Positions 12,301 to 27,300 of a DNA stretch of 64,000 nucleotides are shown piece after piece. The stretch spans positions 13,516,001 through 13,580,000 of the forward strand of contig OZ059900.1 of assembly GCA_964057225.1 (NCBI GenBank), written 5' to 3'. Under the pieces are notes generated by a model. The model made no database searches and was not told the origin of the DNA. It was given only the letters and a program-made list of their open reading frames with translations. The translations under genes were made by a program, and so were the position numbers. Source of the stretch: Auanema rhodensis. Taxonomy: Eukaryota > Animalia > Nematoda. The stretch's first letter is position 1; every line of letters starts with the position of its first letter.

Positions 12301-15300
12301 GAAAGCACACCACGAGTGTGCAATATTGAAAACTGTCTGTCTTAGTATGATTATATAACACTACCGATGCTAAAGCAAAATGAATTTGAATATGAACATG
12401 ACGCGTCTTTTACATTATAGTTTGACCGGATAAAGCTTTGTATAGCTTTGTACACTGATCACATATACGGCGATAGGCTAGAACAGTTCATAAGTTTCCT
12501 GAATAGATTTGGTTTAATTACCCAAGTTAGAGGTAGTATCTCAATCTAACCAGAGAACTTCTGAGTTGGAAATACATTTTGGAAAGCACACCACGAGTGT
12601 GCAATATTGAAAACTGTCTGTCTTAGTATGATTATATAACACTACCGATGCTAAAGCAAAATGAATTTGAATAGGAAAATGACGCGTCTTTTACATTATA
12701 GTTTGACCGGATAAAGCTTTGTATAGCTTTGTATAGCTTTGTACACTGATCACATATACGGCGATAGGCTAGAACAGTTCATAAGTTTCCTGAATAGATT
12801 TGGTTTAATTACCCAAGTTAGAGGTAGTATCTCAATCTAACCAGAGAACTTCTGAGTTGGAAATACATTTTGGAAAGCACACCACGAGTGTGCAATATTG
12901 AAAACTGTCTGTCTTAGTATGATTATATAACACTACCGATGCTAAAGCAAAATGAATTTGAATATGAACATGACGCGTCTTTTACATTATAGTTTGACCG
13001 GATAAAGCTTTGTATAGCTTTGTACACTGATCACATATACGGCGATAGGCTAGAACAGTTCATAAGTTTCCTGAATAGATTTGGTTTAATTACCCAAGTT
13101 AGAGGTAGTATCTCAATCTAACCAGAGAACTTCTGAGTTGGAAATACATTTTGGAAAGCACACCACGAGTGTGCAATATTGAAAACTGTCTGTCTTAGTA
13201 TGATTATATAACACTATAGATGCCAAAGCAAAATGAATTTGAATATGAACATGACGCGTCTTTTACATTATAGTTTGACCGGATAAAGCTTTGTATAGCT
13301 TTGTATAGCTTTGTACACTGATCACATATACGGCGATAGGCTAGAACAGTTCATAAGTTTCCTGAATAGATTTGGTTTAATTACCCAAGTTAGAGGTAGT
13401 ATCTCAATCTAACCAGAGAACTTCTGAGTTGGAAATACATTTTGGAAAGCACACCACGAGTGTGCAATATTGAAAACTGTCTGTCTTAGTATGATTATAT
13501 AACACTACCGATGCTAAAGCAAAATGAATTTGAATATGAACATGACGCGTCTTTTACATTATAGTTTGACCGGATAAAGCTTTGTATAGCTTTGTACACT
13601 GATCACATATACGGCGATAGGCTAGAACAGTTTATAAGTTTCCTGAATAGATTTGGTTTAATTACCCAAGTTAGAGGTAGTATCTCAATCTAACCAGAGA
13701 ACTTCTGAGTTGGAAATACATTTTGGAAAGCACACCACGAGTGTGCAATATTGAAAACTGTCTGTCTTAGTATGATTATATAACACTATAGATGCCAAAG
13801 CAAAATGAATTTGAATATGAACATGACGCGTCTTTTACATTATAGTTTGACCGGATAAAGCTTTGTATAGCTTTGTATAGCTTTGTACACTGATCACATA
13901 TACGGCGATAGGCTAGAACAGTTTATAAGTTTCCTGAATAGATTTGGTTTAATTACCCAAGTTAGAGGTAGTATCTCAATCTAACCAGAGAACTTCTGAG
14001 TTGGAAATACATTTTGGAAAGCACACCACGAGTGTGCAATATTGAAAACTGTCTGTCTTAGTATGATTATATAACACTACCGATGCTAAAGCAAAATGAA
14101 TTCGAATATGAACATGACGCGTCTTTTACATTATAGTTTGACCGGATAAAGCTTTGTATAGCTTTGTATAGCTTTGTACACTGATCACATATACGGCGAT
14201 AGGCTAGAACAGTTCATAAGTTTCCTGAATAGATTTGGTTTAATTACCCAAGTTAGAGGTAGTATCTCAATCTAACCAGAGAACTTCTGAGTTGGAAATA
14301 CATTTTTGAAAGCACACCACGAGTGTGCAATATTGAAAACTGTCTGTCTTAGTATGATTATATAACACTACCGATGCTAAAGCAAAATGAATTTGAATAT
14401 GAACATGACGCGTCTTTTACATTATAGTTTGACCGGATAAAGCTTTGTATAGCTTTGTATAGCTTTGTACACTGATCACATATACGGCGATAGGCTAGAA
14501 CAGTTCATAAGTTTCCTGAATAGATTTGGTTTAATTACCCAAGTTAGAGGTAGTATCTCAATCTAACCAGAGAACTTCTGAGTTGGAAATACATTTTGGA
14601 AAGCACACCACGAGTGTGCAATATTGAAAACTGTCTGTCTTAGTATGATTATATAACACTACCGATGCTAAAGCAAAATGAATTTGAATATGAACATGAC
14701 GCGTCTTTTACATTATAGTTTGACCGGATAAAGCTTTGTATAGCTTTGTACACTGATCACATATACGGCGATAGGCTAGAACAGTTCATAAGTTTCCTGA
14801 ATAGATTTGGTTTAATTACCCAAGTTAGAGGTAGTATCTCAATCTAACCAGAGAACTTCTGAGTTGGAAATACATTTTGGAAAGCACACCACGAGTGTGC
14901 AATATTGAAAACTGTCTGTCTTCGTATGATTATATGACACTATAGATGCCAAAGCAAAACAAATTTGAATATGAACATGACGCGTCTTTTACATTATAGT
15001 TTGACCGGATAAAGCTTTGTATAGCTTTGTATAGCTTTGTACACTGATCACATATACGGCGATAGGCTAGAACAGTTCATAAGTTTCCTGAATAGATTTG
15101 GTTTAATTACCCAAGTTAGAGGTAGTATCTCAATCTAACCAGAGAACTTCTGAGTTGGAAATACATTTTGGAAAGCACACCACGAGTGTGCAATATTGAA
15201 AACTGTCTGTCTTAGTATGATTATATAACACTATAGATGCCAAAGCAAAATGAATTTGAATATGAACATGACGCGTCTTTTACATTATAGTTTGACCGGA

Positions 15301-18300
15301 TAAAGCTTTGTATAGCTTTGTATAGCTTTGTACACTGATCACATATACGGCGATAGGCTAGAACAGTTCATAAGTTTCCTGAATAGATTTGGTTTAATTA
15401 CCCAAGTTAGAGGTAGTATCTCAATCTAACCAGAGAACTTCTGAGTTGGAAATACATTTTGGAAAGCACACCACGAGTGTGCAATATTGAAAACTGTCTG
15501 TCTTAGTATGATTATATAACACTATAGATGCCAAAGCAAAATGAATTTGAATATGAACATGACGCGTCTTTTACATTATAGTTTGACCGGATAAAGCTTT
15601 GTATAGCTTTGTATAGCTTTGTACACTGATCACATATACGGCGATAGGCTAGAACAGTTCATAAGTTTCCTGAATAGATTTGGTTTAATTACCCAAGTTA
15701 GAGGTAGTATCTCAATCTAACCAGAGAACTTCTGAGTTGGAAATACATTTTGGAAAGCACACCACGAGTGTGCAATATTGAAAACTGTCTGTCTTAGTAT
15801 GATTATATAACACTACCGATGCTAAAGCAAAATGAATTTGAATATGAACATGACGCGTCTTTTACATTATAGTTTGACCGGATAAAGCTTTGTATAGCTT
15901 TGTACACTGATCACATATACGGCGATAGGCTAGAACAGTTCATAAGTTTCCTGAATAGATTTGGTTTAATTACCCAAGTTAGAGGTAGTATCTCAATCTA
16001 ACCAGAGAACTTCTGAGTTGGAAATACATTTTGGAAAGCACACCACGAGTGTGCAATATTGAAAACTGTCTGTCTTAGTATGATTATATAACACTATAGA
16101 TGCCAAAGCAAAATGAATTTGAATATGAACATGACGCGTCTTTTACATTATAGTTTGACCGGATAAAGCTTTGTATAGCTTTGTATAGCTTTGTACACTG
16201 ATCACATATACGGCGATAGGCTAGAACAGTTCATAAGTTTCCTGAATAGATTTGGTTTAATTACCCAAGTTAGAGGTAGTATCTCAATCTAACCAGAGAA
16301 CTTCTGAGTTGGAAATACATTTTGGAAAGCACACCACGAGTGTGCAATATTGAAAACTGTCTGTCTTAGTATGATTATATAACACTACCGATGCTAAAGC
16401 AAAATGAATTTGAATATGAACATGACGCGTCTTTTACATTATAGTTTGACCGGATAAAGCTTTGTATAGCTTTGTACACTGATCACATATACGGCGATAG
16501 GCTAGAACAGTTCATAAGTTTCCTGAATAGATTTGGTTTAATTACCCAAGTTAGAGGTAGTATCTCAATCTAACCAGAGAACTTCTGAGTTGGAAATACA
16601 TTTTGGAAAGCACACCACGAGTGTGCAATATTGAAAACTGTCTGTCTTAGTATGATTATATAACACTATAGATGCCAAAGCAAAATGAATTTGAATATGA
16701 ACATGACGCGTCTTTTACATTATAGTTTGACCGGATAAAGCTTTGTATAGCATTGTATAGCTTTGTACACTGATCACATATACGGCGATAGGCTAGAACA
16801 GTTCATAAGTTTCCTGAATAGATTTGGTTTAATTACCCAAGTTAGAGGTAGTATCTCAATCTAACCAGAGAACTTCTGAGTTGGAAATACATTTTGGAAA
16901 GCACACCACGAGTGTGCAATATTGAAAACTGTCTGTCTTCGTATGATTATATGACACTATAGATGCCAAAGCAAAACGAATTTGAATATGAACATGACGC
17001 GTCTTTTACATTATAGTTTGACCGGATAAAGCTTTGTATAGCTTTGTATAGCTTTGTACACTGATCACATATACGGCGATAGGCTAGAACAGTTCATAAG
17101 TTTCCTTAATAGATTTGGTTTAATTACCCAAGTTAGAGGTAGTATCTCAATCTAACCAGAGAACTTCTGAGTTGGAAATACATTTTGGAAAGCACACCAC
17201 GAGTGTGCAATATTGAAAACTGTCTGTCTTAGTATGATTATATAACACTACCGATGCTAAAGCAAAATGAATTTGAATATGAACATGACGCGTCTTTTAC
17301 ATTATAGTTTGACCGGATAAAGCTTTGTATAGCTTTGTATAGCTTTGTACACTGATCACATATACGGCGATAGGCTAGAACAGTTCATAAGTTTCCTGAA
17401 TAGATTTGGTTTAATTACCCAAGTTAGAGGTAGTATCTCAATCTAACCAGAGAACTTCTGAGTTGGAAATACATTTTGGAAAGCACACCACGAGTGTGCA
17501 ATATTGAAAACTGTCTGTCTTAGTATGATTATATAACACTATAGATGCCAAAGCAAAATGAATTTGAATATGAACATGACGCGTCTTTTACATTATAGTT
17601 TGACCGGATAAAGCTTTGTATAGCTTTGTACACTGATCACATATACGGCGATAGGCTAGAACAGTTCATAAGTTTCCTGAATAGATTTGGTTTAATTACC
17701 CAAGTTAGAGGTAGTATCTCAATCTAACCAGAGAACTTCTGAGTTGGAAATACATTTTGGAAAGCACACCACGAGTGTGCAATATTGAAAACTGTCTGTC
17801 TTAGTATGATTATATAACACTATAGATGCCAAAGCAAAATGAATTTGAATATGAACATGACGCGTCTTTTACATTATAGTTTGACCGGATAAAGCTTTGT
17901 ATAGCTTTGTATAGCTTTGTACACTGATCACATATACGGCGATAGGCTAGAACAGTTCATAAGTTTCCTGAATAGATTTGGTTTAATTACCCAAGTTAGA
18001 GGTAGTATCTCAATCTAACCAGAGAACTTCTGAGTTGGAAATACATTTTGGAAAGCACACCACGAGTGTGCAATATTGAAAACTGTCTGTCTTAGTATGA
18101 TTATATAACACTACCGATGCTAAAGCAAAATGAATTTGAATATGAACATGACGCGTCTTTTACATTATAGTTTGACCGGATAAAGCTTTGTATAGCTTTG
18201 TACACTGATCACATATACGGCGATAGGCTAGAACAGTTCATAAGTTTCCTGAATAGATTTGGTTTAATTACCCAAGTTAGAGGTAGTATCTCAATCTAAC

Positions 18301-21300
18301 CAGAGAACTTCTGAGTTGGAAATACATTTTGGAAAGCACACCACGAGTGTGCAATATTGAAAACTGTCTGTCTTAGTATGATTATATAACACTATAGATG
18401 CCAAAGCAAAATGAATTTGAATATGAACATGACGCGTCTTTTACATTATAGTTTGACCGGATAAAGCTTTGTATAGCATTGTATAGCTTTGTACACTGAT
18501 CACATATACGGCGATAGGCTAGAACAGTTCATAAGTTTCCTGAATAGATTTGGTTTAATTACCCAAGTTAGAGGTAGTATCTCAATCTAACCAGAGAACT
18601 TCTGAGTTGGAAATACATTTTGGAAAGCACACCACGAGTGTGCAATATTGAAAACTGTCTGTCTTCGTATGATTATATGACACTATAGATGCCAAAGCAA
18701 AACAAATTTGAATATGAACATGACGCGTCTTGTACATTATAGTTTGACCGGATAAAGCTTTGTATAGCTTTGTATAGCTTTGTACACTGATCACATATAC
18801 GGCGATAGGCTAGAACAGTTCATAAGTTTCCTTAATAGATTTGGTTTAATTACCCAAGTTAGAGGTAGTATCTCAATCTAACCAGAGAACTTCTGAGTTG
18901 GAAATACATTTTGGAAAGCACACCACGAGTGTGCAATATTGAAAACTGTCTGTCTTAGTATGATTATATAACACTACCGATGCTAAAGCAAAATGAATTT
19001 GAATATGAACATGACGCGTCTTTTACATTATAGTTTGACCGGATAAAGCTTTGTATAGCTTTGTATAGCTTTGTACACTGATCACATATACGGCGATAGG
19101 CTAGAACAGTTCATAAGTTTCCTGAATAGATTTGGTTTAATTACCCAAGTTAGAGGTAGTATCTCAATCTAACCAGAGAACTTCTGAGTTGGAAATACAT
19201 TTTGGAAAGCACACCACGAGTGTGCAATATTGAAAACTGTCTGTCTTAGTATGATTATATAACACTATAGATGCCAAAGCAAAATGAATTTGAATATGAA
19301 CATGACGCGTCTTTTACATTATAGTTTGACCGGATAAAGCTTTGTATAGCTTTGTATAGCTTTGTACACTGATCACATATACGGCGATAGGCTAGAACAG
19401 TTCATAAGTTTCCTGAATAGATTTGGTTTAATTACCCAAGTTAGAGGTAGTATCTCAATCTAACCAGAGAACTTCTGAGTTGGAAATACATTTTGGAAAG
19501 CACACCACGAGTGTGCAATATTGAAAACTGTCTGTCTTAGTATGATTATATAACACTATAGATGCCAAAGCAAAATGAATTTGAATATGAACATGACGCG
19601 TCTTTTACATTATAGTTTGACCGGATAAAGCTTTGTATAGCTTTGTATAGCTTTGTACACTGATCACATATACGGCGATAGGCTAGAACAGTTCATAAGT
19701 TTCCTGAATAGATTTGGTTTAATTACCCAAGTTAGAGGTAGTATCTCAATCTAACCAGAGAACTTCTGAGTTGGAAATACATTTTGGAAAGCACACCACG
19801 AGTGTGCAATATTGAAAACTGTCTGTCTTCGTATGATTATATGACACTATAGATGCCAAAGCAAAACGAATTTGAATATGAACATGACGCGTCTTTTACA
19901 TTATAGTTTGACCGGATAAAGCTTTGTATAGCTTTGTATAGCTTTGTACACTGATCACATATACGGCGATAGGCTAGAACAGTTCATAAGTTTCCTTAAT
20001 AGATTTGGTTTAATTACCCAAGTTAGAGGTAGTATCTCAATCTAACCAGAGAACTTCTGAGTTGGAAATACATTTTGGAAAGCACACCACGAGTGTGCAA
20101 TATTGAAAACTGTCTGTCTTAGTATGATTATATAACACTACCGATGCTAAAGCAAAATGAATTTGAATATGAACATGACGCGTCTTTTACATTATAGTTT
20201 GACCGGATAAAGCTTTGTATAGCTTTGTATAGCTTTGTACACTGATCACATATACGGCGATAGGCTAGAACAGTTCATAAGTTTCCTGAATAGATTTGGT
20301 TTAATTACCCAAGTTAGAGGTAGTATCTCAATCTAACCAGAGAACTTCTGAGTTGGAAATACATTTTGGAAAGCACACCACGAGTGTGCAATATTGAAAA
20401 CTGTCTGTCTTAGTATGATTATATAACACTATAGATGCCAAAGCAAAATGAATTTGAATATGAACATGACGCGTCTTTTACATTATAGTTTGACCGGATA
20501 AAGCTTTGTATAGCTTTGTACACTGATCACATATACGGCGATAGGCTAGAACAGTTCATAAGTTTCCTGAATAGATTTGGTTTAATTACCCAAGTTAGAG
20601 GTAGTATCTCAATCTAACCAGAGAACTTCTGAGTTGGAAATACATTTTGGAAAGCACACCACGAGTGTGCAATATTGAAAACTGTCTGTCTTAGTATGAT
20701 TATATAACACTATAGATGCCAAAGCAAAATGAATTTGAATATGAACATGACGCGTCTTTTACATTATAGTTTGACCGGATAAAGCTTTGTATAGCTTTGT
20801 ATAGCTTTGTACACTGATCACATATACGGCGATAGGCTAGAACAGTTCATAAGTTTCCTGAATAGATTTGGTTTAATTACCCAAGTTAGAGGTAGTATCT
20901 CAATCTAACCAGAGAACTTCTGAGTTGGAAATACATTTTGGAAAGCACACCACGAGTGTGCAATATTGAAAACTGTCTGTCTTAGTATGATTATATAACA
21001 CTACCGATGCTAAAGCAAAATGAATTTGAATATGAACATGACGCGTCTTTTACATTATAGTTTGACCGGATAAAGCTTTGTATAGCTTTGTACACTGATC
21101 ACATATACGGCGATAGGCTAGAACAGTTCATAAGTTTCCTGAATAGATTTGGTTTAATTACCCAAGTTAGAGGTAGTATCTCAATCTAACCAGAGAACTT
21201 CTGAGTTGGAAATACATTTTGGAAAGCACACCACGAGTGTGCAATATTGAAAACTGTCTGTCTTAGTATGATTATATAACACTATAGATGCCAAAGCAAA

Positions 21301-24300
21301 ATGAATTTGAATATGAACATGACGCGTCTTTTACATTATAGTTTGACCGGATAAAGCTTTGTATAGCATTGTATAGCTTTGTACACTGATCACATATACG
21401 GCGATAGGCTAGAACAGTTCATAAGTTTCCTGAATAGATTTGGTTTAATTACCCAAGTTAGAGGTAGTATCTCAATCTAACCAGAGAACTTCTGAGTTGG
21501 AAATACATTTTGGAAAGCACACCACGAGTGTGCAATATTGAAAACTGTCTGTCTTCGTATGATTATATGACACTATAGATGCCAAAGCAAAACAAATTTG
21601 AATATGAACATGACGCGTCTTGTACATTATAGTTTGACCGGATAAAGCTTTGTATAGCTTTGTATAGCTTTGTACACTGATCACATATACGGCGATAGGC
21701 TAGAACAGTTCATAAGTTTCCTTAATAGATTTGGTTTAATTACCCAAGTTAGAGGTAGTATCTCAATCTAACCAGAGAACTTCTGAGTTGGAAATACATT
21801 TTGGAAAGCACACCACGAGTGTGCAATATTGAAAACTGTCTGTCTTAGTATGATTATATAACACTACCGATGCTAAAGCAAAATGAATTTGAATATGAAC
21901 ATGACGCGTCTTTTACATTATAGTTTGACCGGATAAAGCTTTGTATAGCTTTGTATAGCTTTGTACACTGATCACATATACGGCGATAGGCTAGAACAGT
22001 TCATAAGTTTCCTGAATAGATTTGGTTTAATTACCCAAGTTAGAGGTAGTATCTCAATCTAACCAGAGAACTTCTGAGTTGGAAATACATTTTGGAAAGC
22101 ACACCACGAGTGTGCAATATTGAAAACTGTCTGTCTTAGTATGATTATATAACACTATAGATGCCAAAGCAAAATGAATTTGAATATGAACATGACGCGT
22201 CTTTTACATTATAGTTTGACCGGATAAAGCTTTGTATAGCTTTGTATAGCTTTGTACACTGATCACATATACGGCGATAGGCTAGAACAGTTCATAAGTT
22301 TCCTGAATAGATTTGGTTTAATTACCCAAGTTAGAGGTAGTATCTCAATCTACCCAGAGAACTTCTGAGTTGGAAATACATTTTGGAAAGCACACCACGA
22401 GTGTGCAATATTGAAAACTGTCTGTCTTAGTATGATTATATAACACTATAGATGCCAAAGCAAAATGAATTTGAATATGAACATGACGCGTCTTTTACAT
22501 TATAGTTTGACCGGATAAAGCTTTGTATAGCTTTGTATAGCTTTGTACACTGATCACATATACGGCGATAGGCTAGAACAGTTCATAAGTTTCCTGAATA
22601 GATTTGGTTTAATTACCCAAGTTAGAGGTAGTATCTCAATCTAACCAGAGAACTTCTGAGTTGGAAATACATTTTGGAAAGCACACCACGAGTGTGCAAT
22701 ATTGAAAACTGTCTGTCTTAGTATGATTATATAACACTATAGATGCCAAAGCAAAATGAATTTGAATATGAACATGACGCGTCTTTTACATTATAGTTTG
22801 ACCGGATAAAGCTTTGTATAGCTTTGTATAGCTTTGTACACTGATCACATATACGGCGATAGGCTAGAACAGTTCATAAGTTTCCTGAATAGATTTGGTT
22901 TAATTACCCAAGTTAGAGGTAGTATCTCAATCTAACCAGAGAACTTCTGAGTTGGAAATACATTTTGGAAAGCACACCACGAGTGTGCAATATTGAAAAC
23001 TGTCTGTCTTAGTATGATTATATAACACTATAGATGCCAAAGCAAAATGAATTTGAATATGAACATGACGCGTCTTTTACATTATAGTTTGACCGGATAA
23101 AGCTTTGTATAGCTTTGTATAGCTTTGTACACTGATCACATATACGGCGATAGGCTAGAACAGTTCATAAGTTTCCTGAATAGATTTGGTTTAATTACCC
23201 AAGTTAGAGGTAGTATCTCAATCTAACCAGAGAACTTCTGAGTTGGAAATACATTTTGGAAAGCACACCACGAGTGTGCAATATTGAAAACTGTCTGTCT
23301 TAGTATGATTATATAACACTACCGATGCTAAAGCAAAATGAATTTGAATAGGAAAATGACGCGTCTTTTACATTATAGTTTGACCGGATAAAGCTTTGTA
23401 TAGCTTTGTATAGCTTTGTACACTGATCACATATACGGCGATAGGCTAGAACAGTTCATAAGTTTCCTGAATAGATTTGGTTTAATTACCCAAGTTAGAG
23501 GTAGTATCTCAATCTAACCAGAGAACTTCTGAGTTGGAAATACATTTTGGAAAGCACACCACGAGTGTGCAATATTGAAAACTGTCTGTCTTAGTATGAT
23601 TATATAACACTACCGATGCTAAAGCAAAATGAATTTGAATATGAACATGACGCGTCTTTTACATTATAGTTTGACCGGATAAAGCTTTGTATAGCTTTGT
23701 ACACTGATCACATATACGGCGATAGGCTAGAACAGTTCATAAGTTTCCTGAATAGATTTGGTTTAATTACCCAAGTTAGAGGTAGTATCTCAATCTAACC
23801 AGAGAACTTCTGAGTTGGAAATACATTTTGGAAAGCACACCACGAGTGTGCAATATTGAAAACTGTCTGTCTTAGTATGATTATATAACACTATAGATGC
23901 CAAAGCAAAATGAATTTGAATATGAACATGACGCGTCTTTTACATTATAGTTTGACCGGATAAAGCTTTGTATAGCTTTGTATAGCTTTGTACACTGATC
24001 ACATATACGGCGATAGGCTAGAACAGTTCATAAGTTTCCTGAATAGATTTGGTTTAATTACCCAAGTTAGAGGTAGTATCTCAATCTAACCAGAGAACTT
24101 CTGAGTTGGAAATACATTTTGGAAAGCACACCACGAGTGTGCAATATTGAAAACTGTCTGTCTTAGTATGATTATATAACACTACCGATGCTAAAGCAAA
24201 ATGAATTTGAATATGAACATGACGCGTCTTTTACATTATAGTTTGACCGGATAAAGCTTTGTATAGCTTTGTACACTGATCACATATACGGCGATAGGCT

Positions 24301-27300
24301 AGAACAGTTTATAAGTTTCCTGAATAGATTTGGTTTAATTACCCAAGTTAGAGGTAGTATCTCAATCTAACCAGAGAACTTCTGAGTTGGAAATACATTT
24401 TGGAAAGCACACCACGAGTGTGCAATATTGAAAACTGTCTGTCTTAGTATGATTATATAACACTATAGATGCCAAAGCAAAATGAATTTGAATATGAACA
24501 TGACGCGTCTTTTACATTATAGTTTGACCGGATAAAGCTTTGTATAGCTTTGTATAGCTTTGTACACTGATCACATATACGGCGATAGGCTAGAACAGTT
24601 TATAAGTTTCCTGAATAGATTTGGTTTAATTACCCAAGTTAGAGGTAGTATCTCAATCTAACCAGAGAACTTCTGAGTTGGAAATACATTTTGGAAAGCA
24701 CACCACGAGTGTGCAATATTGAAAACTGTCTGTCTTAGTATGATTATATAACACTACCGATGCTAAAGCAAAATGAATTCGAATATGAACATGACGCGTC
24801 TTTTACATTATAGTTTGACCGGATAAAGCTTTGTATAGCTTTGTATAGCTTTGTACACTGATCACATATACGGCGATAGGCTAGAACAGTTCATAAGTTT
24901 CCTGAATAGATTTGGTTTAATTACCCAAGTTAGAGGTAGTATCTCAATCTAACCAGAGAACTTCTGAGTTGGAAATACATTTTTGAAAGCACACCACGAG
25001 TGTGCAATATTGAAAACTGTCTGTCTTAGTATGATTATATAACACTACCGATGCTAAAGCAAAATGAATTTGAATATGAACATGACGCGTCTTTTACATT
25101 ATAGTTTGACCGGATAAAGCTTTGTATAGCTTTGTATAGCTTTGTACACTGATCACATATACGGCGATAGGCTAGAACAGTTCATAAGTTTCCTGAATAG
25201 ATTTGGTTTAATTACCCAAGTTAGAGGTAGTATCTCAATCTAACCAGAGAACTTCTGAGTTGGAAATACATTTTGGAAAGCACACCACGAGTGTGCAATA
25301 TTGAAAACTGTCTGTCTTAGTATGATTATATAACACTACCGATGCTAAAGCAAAATGAATTTGAATATGAACATGACGCGTCTTTTACATTATAGTTTGA
25401 CCGGATAAAGCTTTGTATAGCTTTGTACACTGATCACATATACGGCGATAGGCTAGAACAGTTCATAAGTTTCCTGAATAGATTTGGTTTAATTACCCAA
25501 GTTAGAGGTAGTATCTCAATCTAACCAGAGAACTTCTGAGTTGGAAATACATTTTGGAAAGCACACCACGAGTGTGCAATATTGAAAACTGTCTGTCTTC
25601 GTATGATTATATGACACTATAGATGCCAAAGCAAAACAAATTTGAATATGAACATGACGCGTCTTTCACATTATAGTTTGACCGGATAAAGCTTTGTATA
25701 GCTTTGTATAGCTTTGTACACTGATCACATATACGGCGATAGGCTAGAACAGTTCATAAGTTTCCTGAATAGATTTGGTTTAATTACCCAAGTTAGAGGT
25801 AGTATCTCAATCTAACCAGAGAACTTCTGAGTTGGAAATACATTTTGGAAAGCACACCACGAGTGTGCAATATTGAAAACTGTCTGTCTTAGTATGATTA
25901 TATAACACTATAGATGCCAAAGCAAAATGAATTTGAATATGAACATGACGCGTCTTTTACATTATAGTTTGACCGGATAAAGCTTTGTATAGCTTTGTAT
26001 AGCTTTGTACACTGATCACATATACGGCGATAGGCTAGAACAGTTCATAAGTTTCCTGAATAGATTTGGTTTAATTACCCAAGTTAGAGGTAGTATCTCA
26101 ATCTAACCAGAGAACTTCTGAGTTGGAAATACATTTTGGAAAGCACACCACGAGTGTGCAATATTGAAAACTGTCTGTCTTAGTATGATTATATAACACT
26201 ATAGATGCCAAAGCAAAATGAATTTGAATATGAACATGACGCGTCTTTTACATTATAGTTTGACCGGATAAAGCTTTGTATAGCTTTGTATAGCTTTGTA
26301 CACTGATCACATATACGGCGATAGGCTAGAACAGTTCATAAGTTTCCTGAATAGATTTGGTTTAATTACCCAAGTTAGAGGTAGTATCTCAATCTAACCA
26401 GAGAACTTCTGAGTTGGAAATACATTTTGGAAAGCACACCACGAGTGTGCAATATTGAAAACTGTCTGTCTTAGTATGATTATATAACACTACCGATGCT
26501 AAAGCAAAATGAATTTGAATATGAACATGACGCGTCTTTTACATTATAGTTTGACCGGATAAAGCTTTGTATAGCTTTGTACACTGATCACATATACGGC
26601 GATAGGCTAGAACAGTTCATAAGTTTCCTGAATAGATTTGGTTTAATTACCCAAGTTAGAGGTAGTATCTCAATCTAACCAGAGAACTTCTGAGTTGGAA
26701 ATACATTTTGGAAAGCACACCACGAGTGTGCAATATTGAAAACTGTCTGTCTTAGTATGATTATATAACACTATAGATGCCAAAGCAAAATGAATTTGAA
26801 TATGAACATGACGCGTCTTTTACATTATAGTTTGACCGGATAAAGCTTTGTATAGCATTGTATAGCTTTGTACACTGATCACATATACGGCGATAGGCTA
26901 GAACAGTTCATAAGTTTCCTGAATAGATTTGGTTTAATTACCCAAGTTAGAGGTAGTATCTCAATCTAACCAGAGAACTTCTGAGTTGGAAATACATTTT
27001 GAAAAGCACACCACGAGTGTGCAATATTGAAAACTGTCTGTCTTAGTATGATTATATAACACTACCGATGCTAAAGCAAAATGAATTTGAATATGAACAT
27101 GACGCGTCTTTTACATTATAGTTTGACCGGATAAAGCTTTGTATAGCTTTGTATAGCTTTGTACACTGATCACATATACGGCGATAGGCTAGAACAGTTC
27201 ATAAGTTTCCTGAATAGATTTGGTTTAATTACCCAAGTTAGAGGTAGTATCTCAATCTAACCAGAGAACTTCTGAGTTGGAAATACATTTTGGAAAGCAC

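Noticed and set aside
18582-18794. 70-aa minus-strand ORF (MISVQSYTKL...)
   Set aside because: It is a chance open frame. It appears only where spacer haplotype C plus a T>G at 18732 remove the stops present in other units, it runs antisense through the SL RNA, and it has no recognisable protein features.
21472-21684. Second identical 70-aa ORF
   Set aside because: It is a copy produced by the 2890-bp tandem duplication, not independent evidence of coding.
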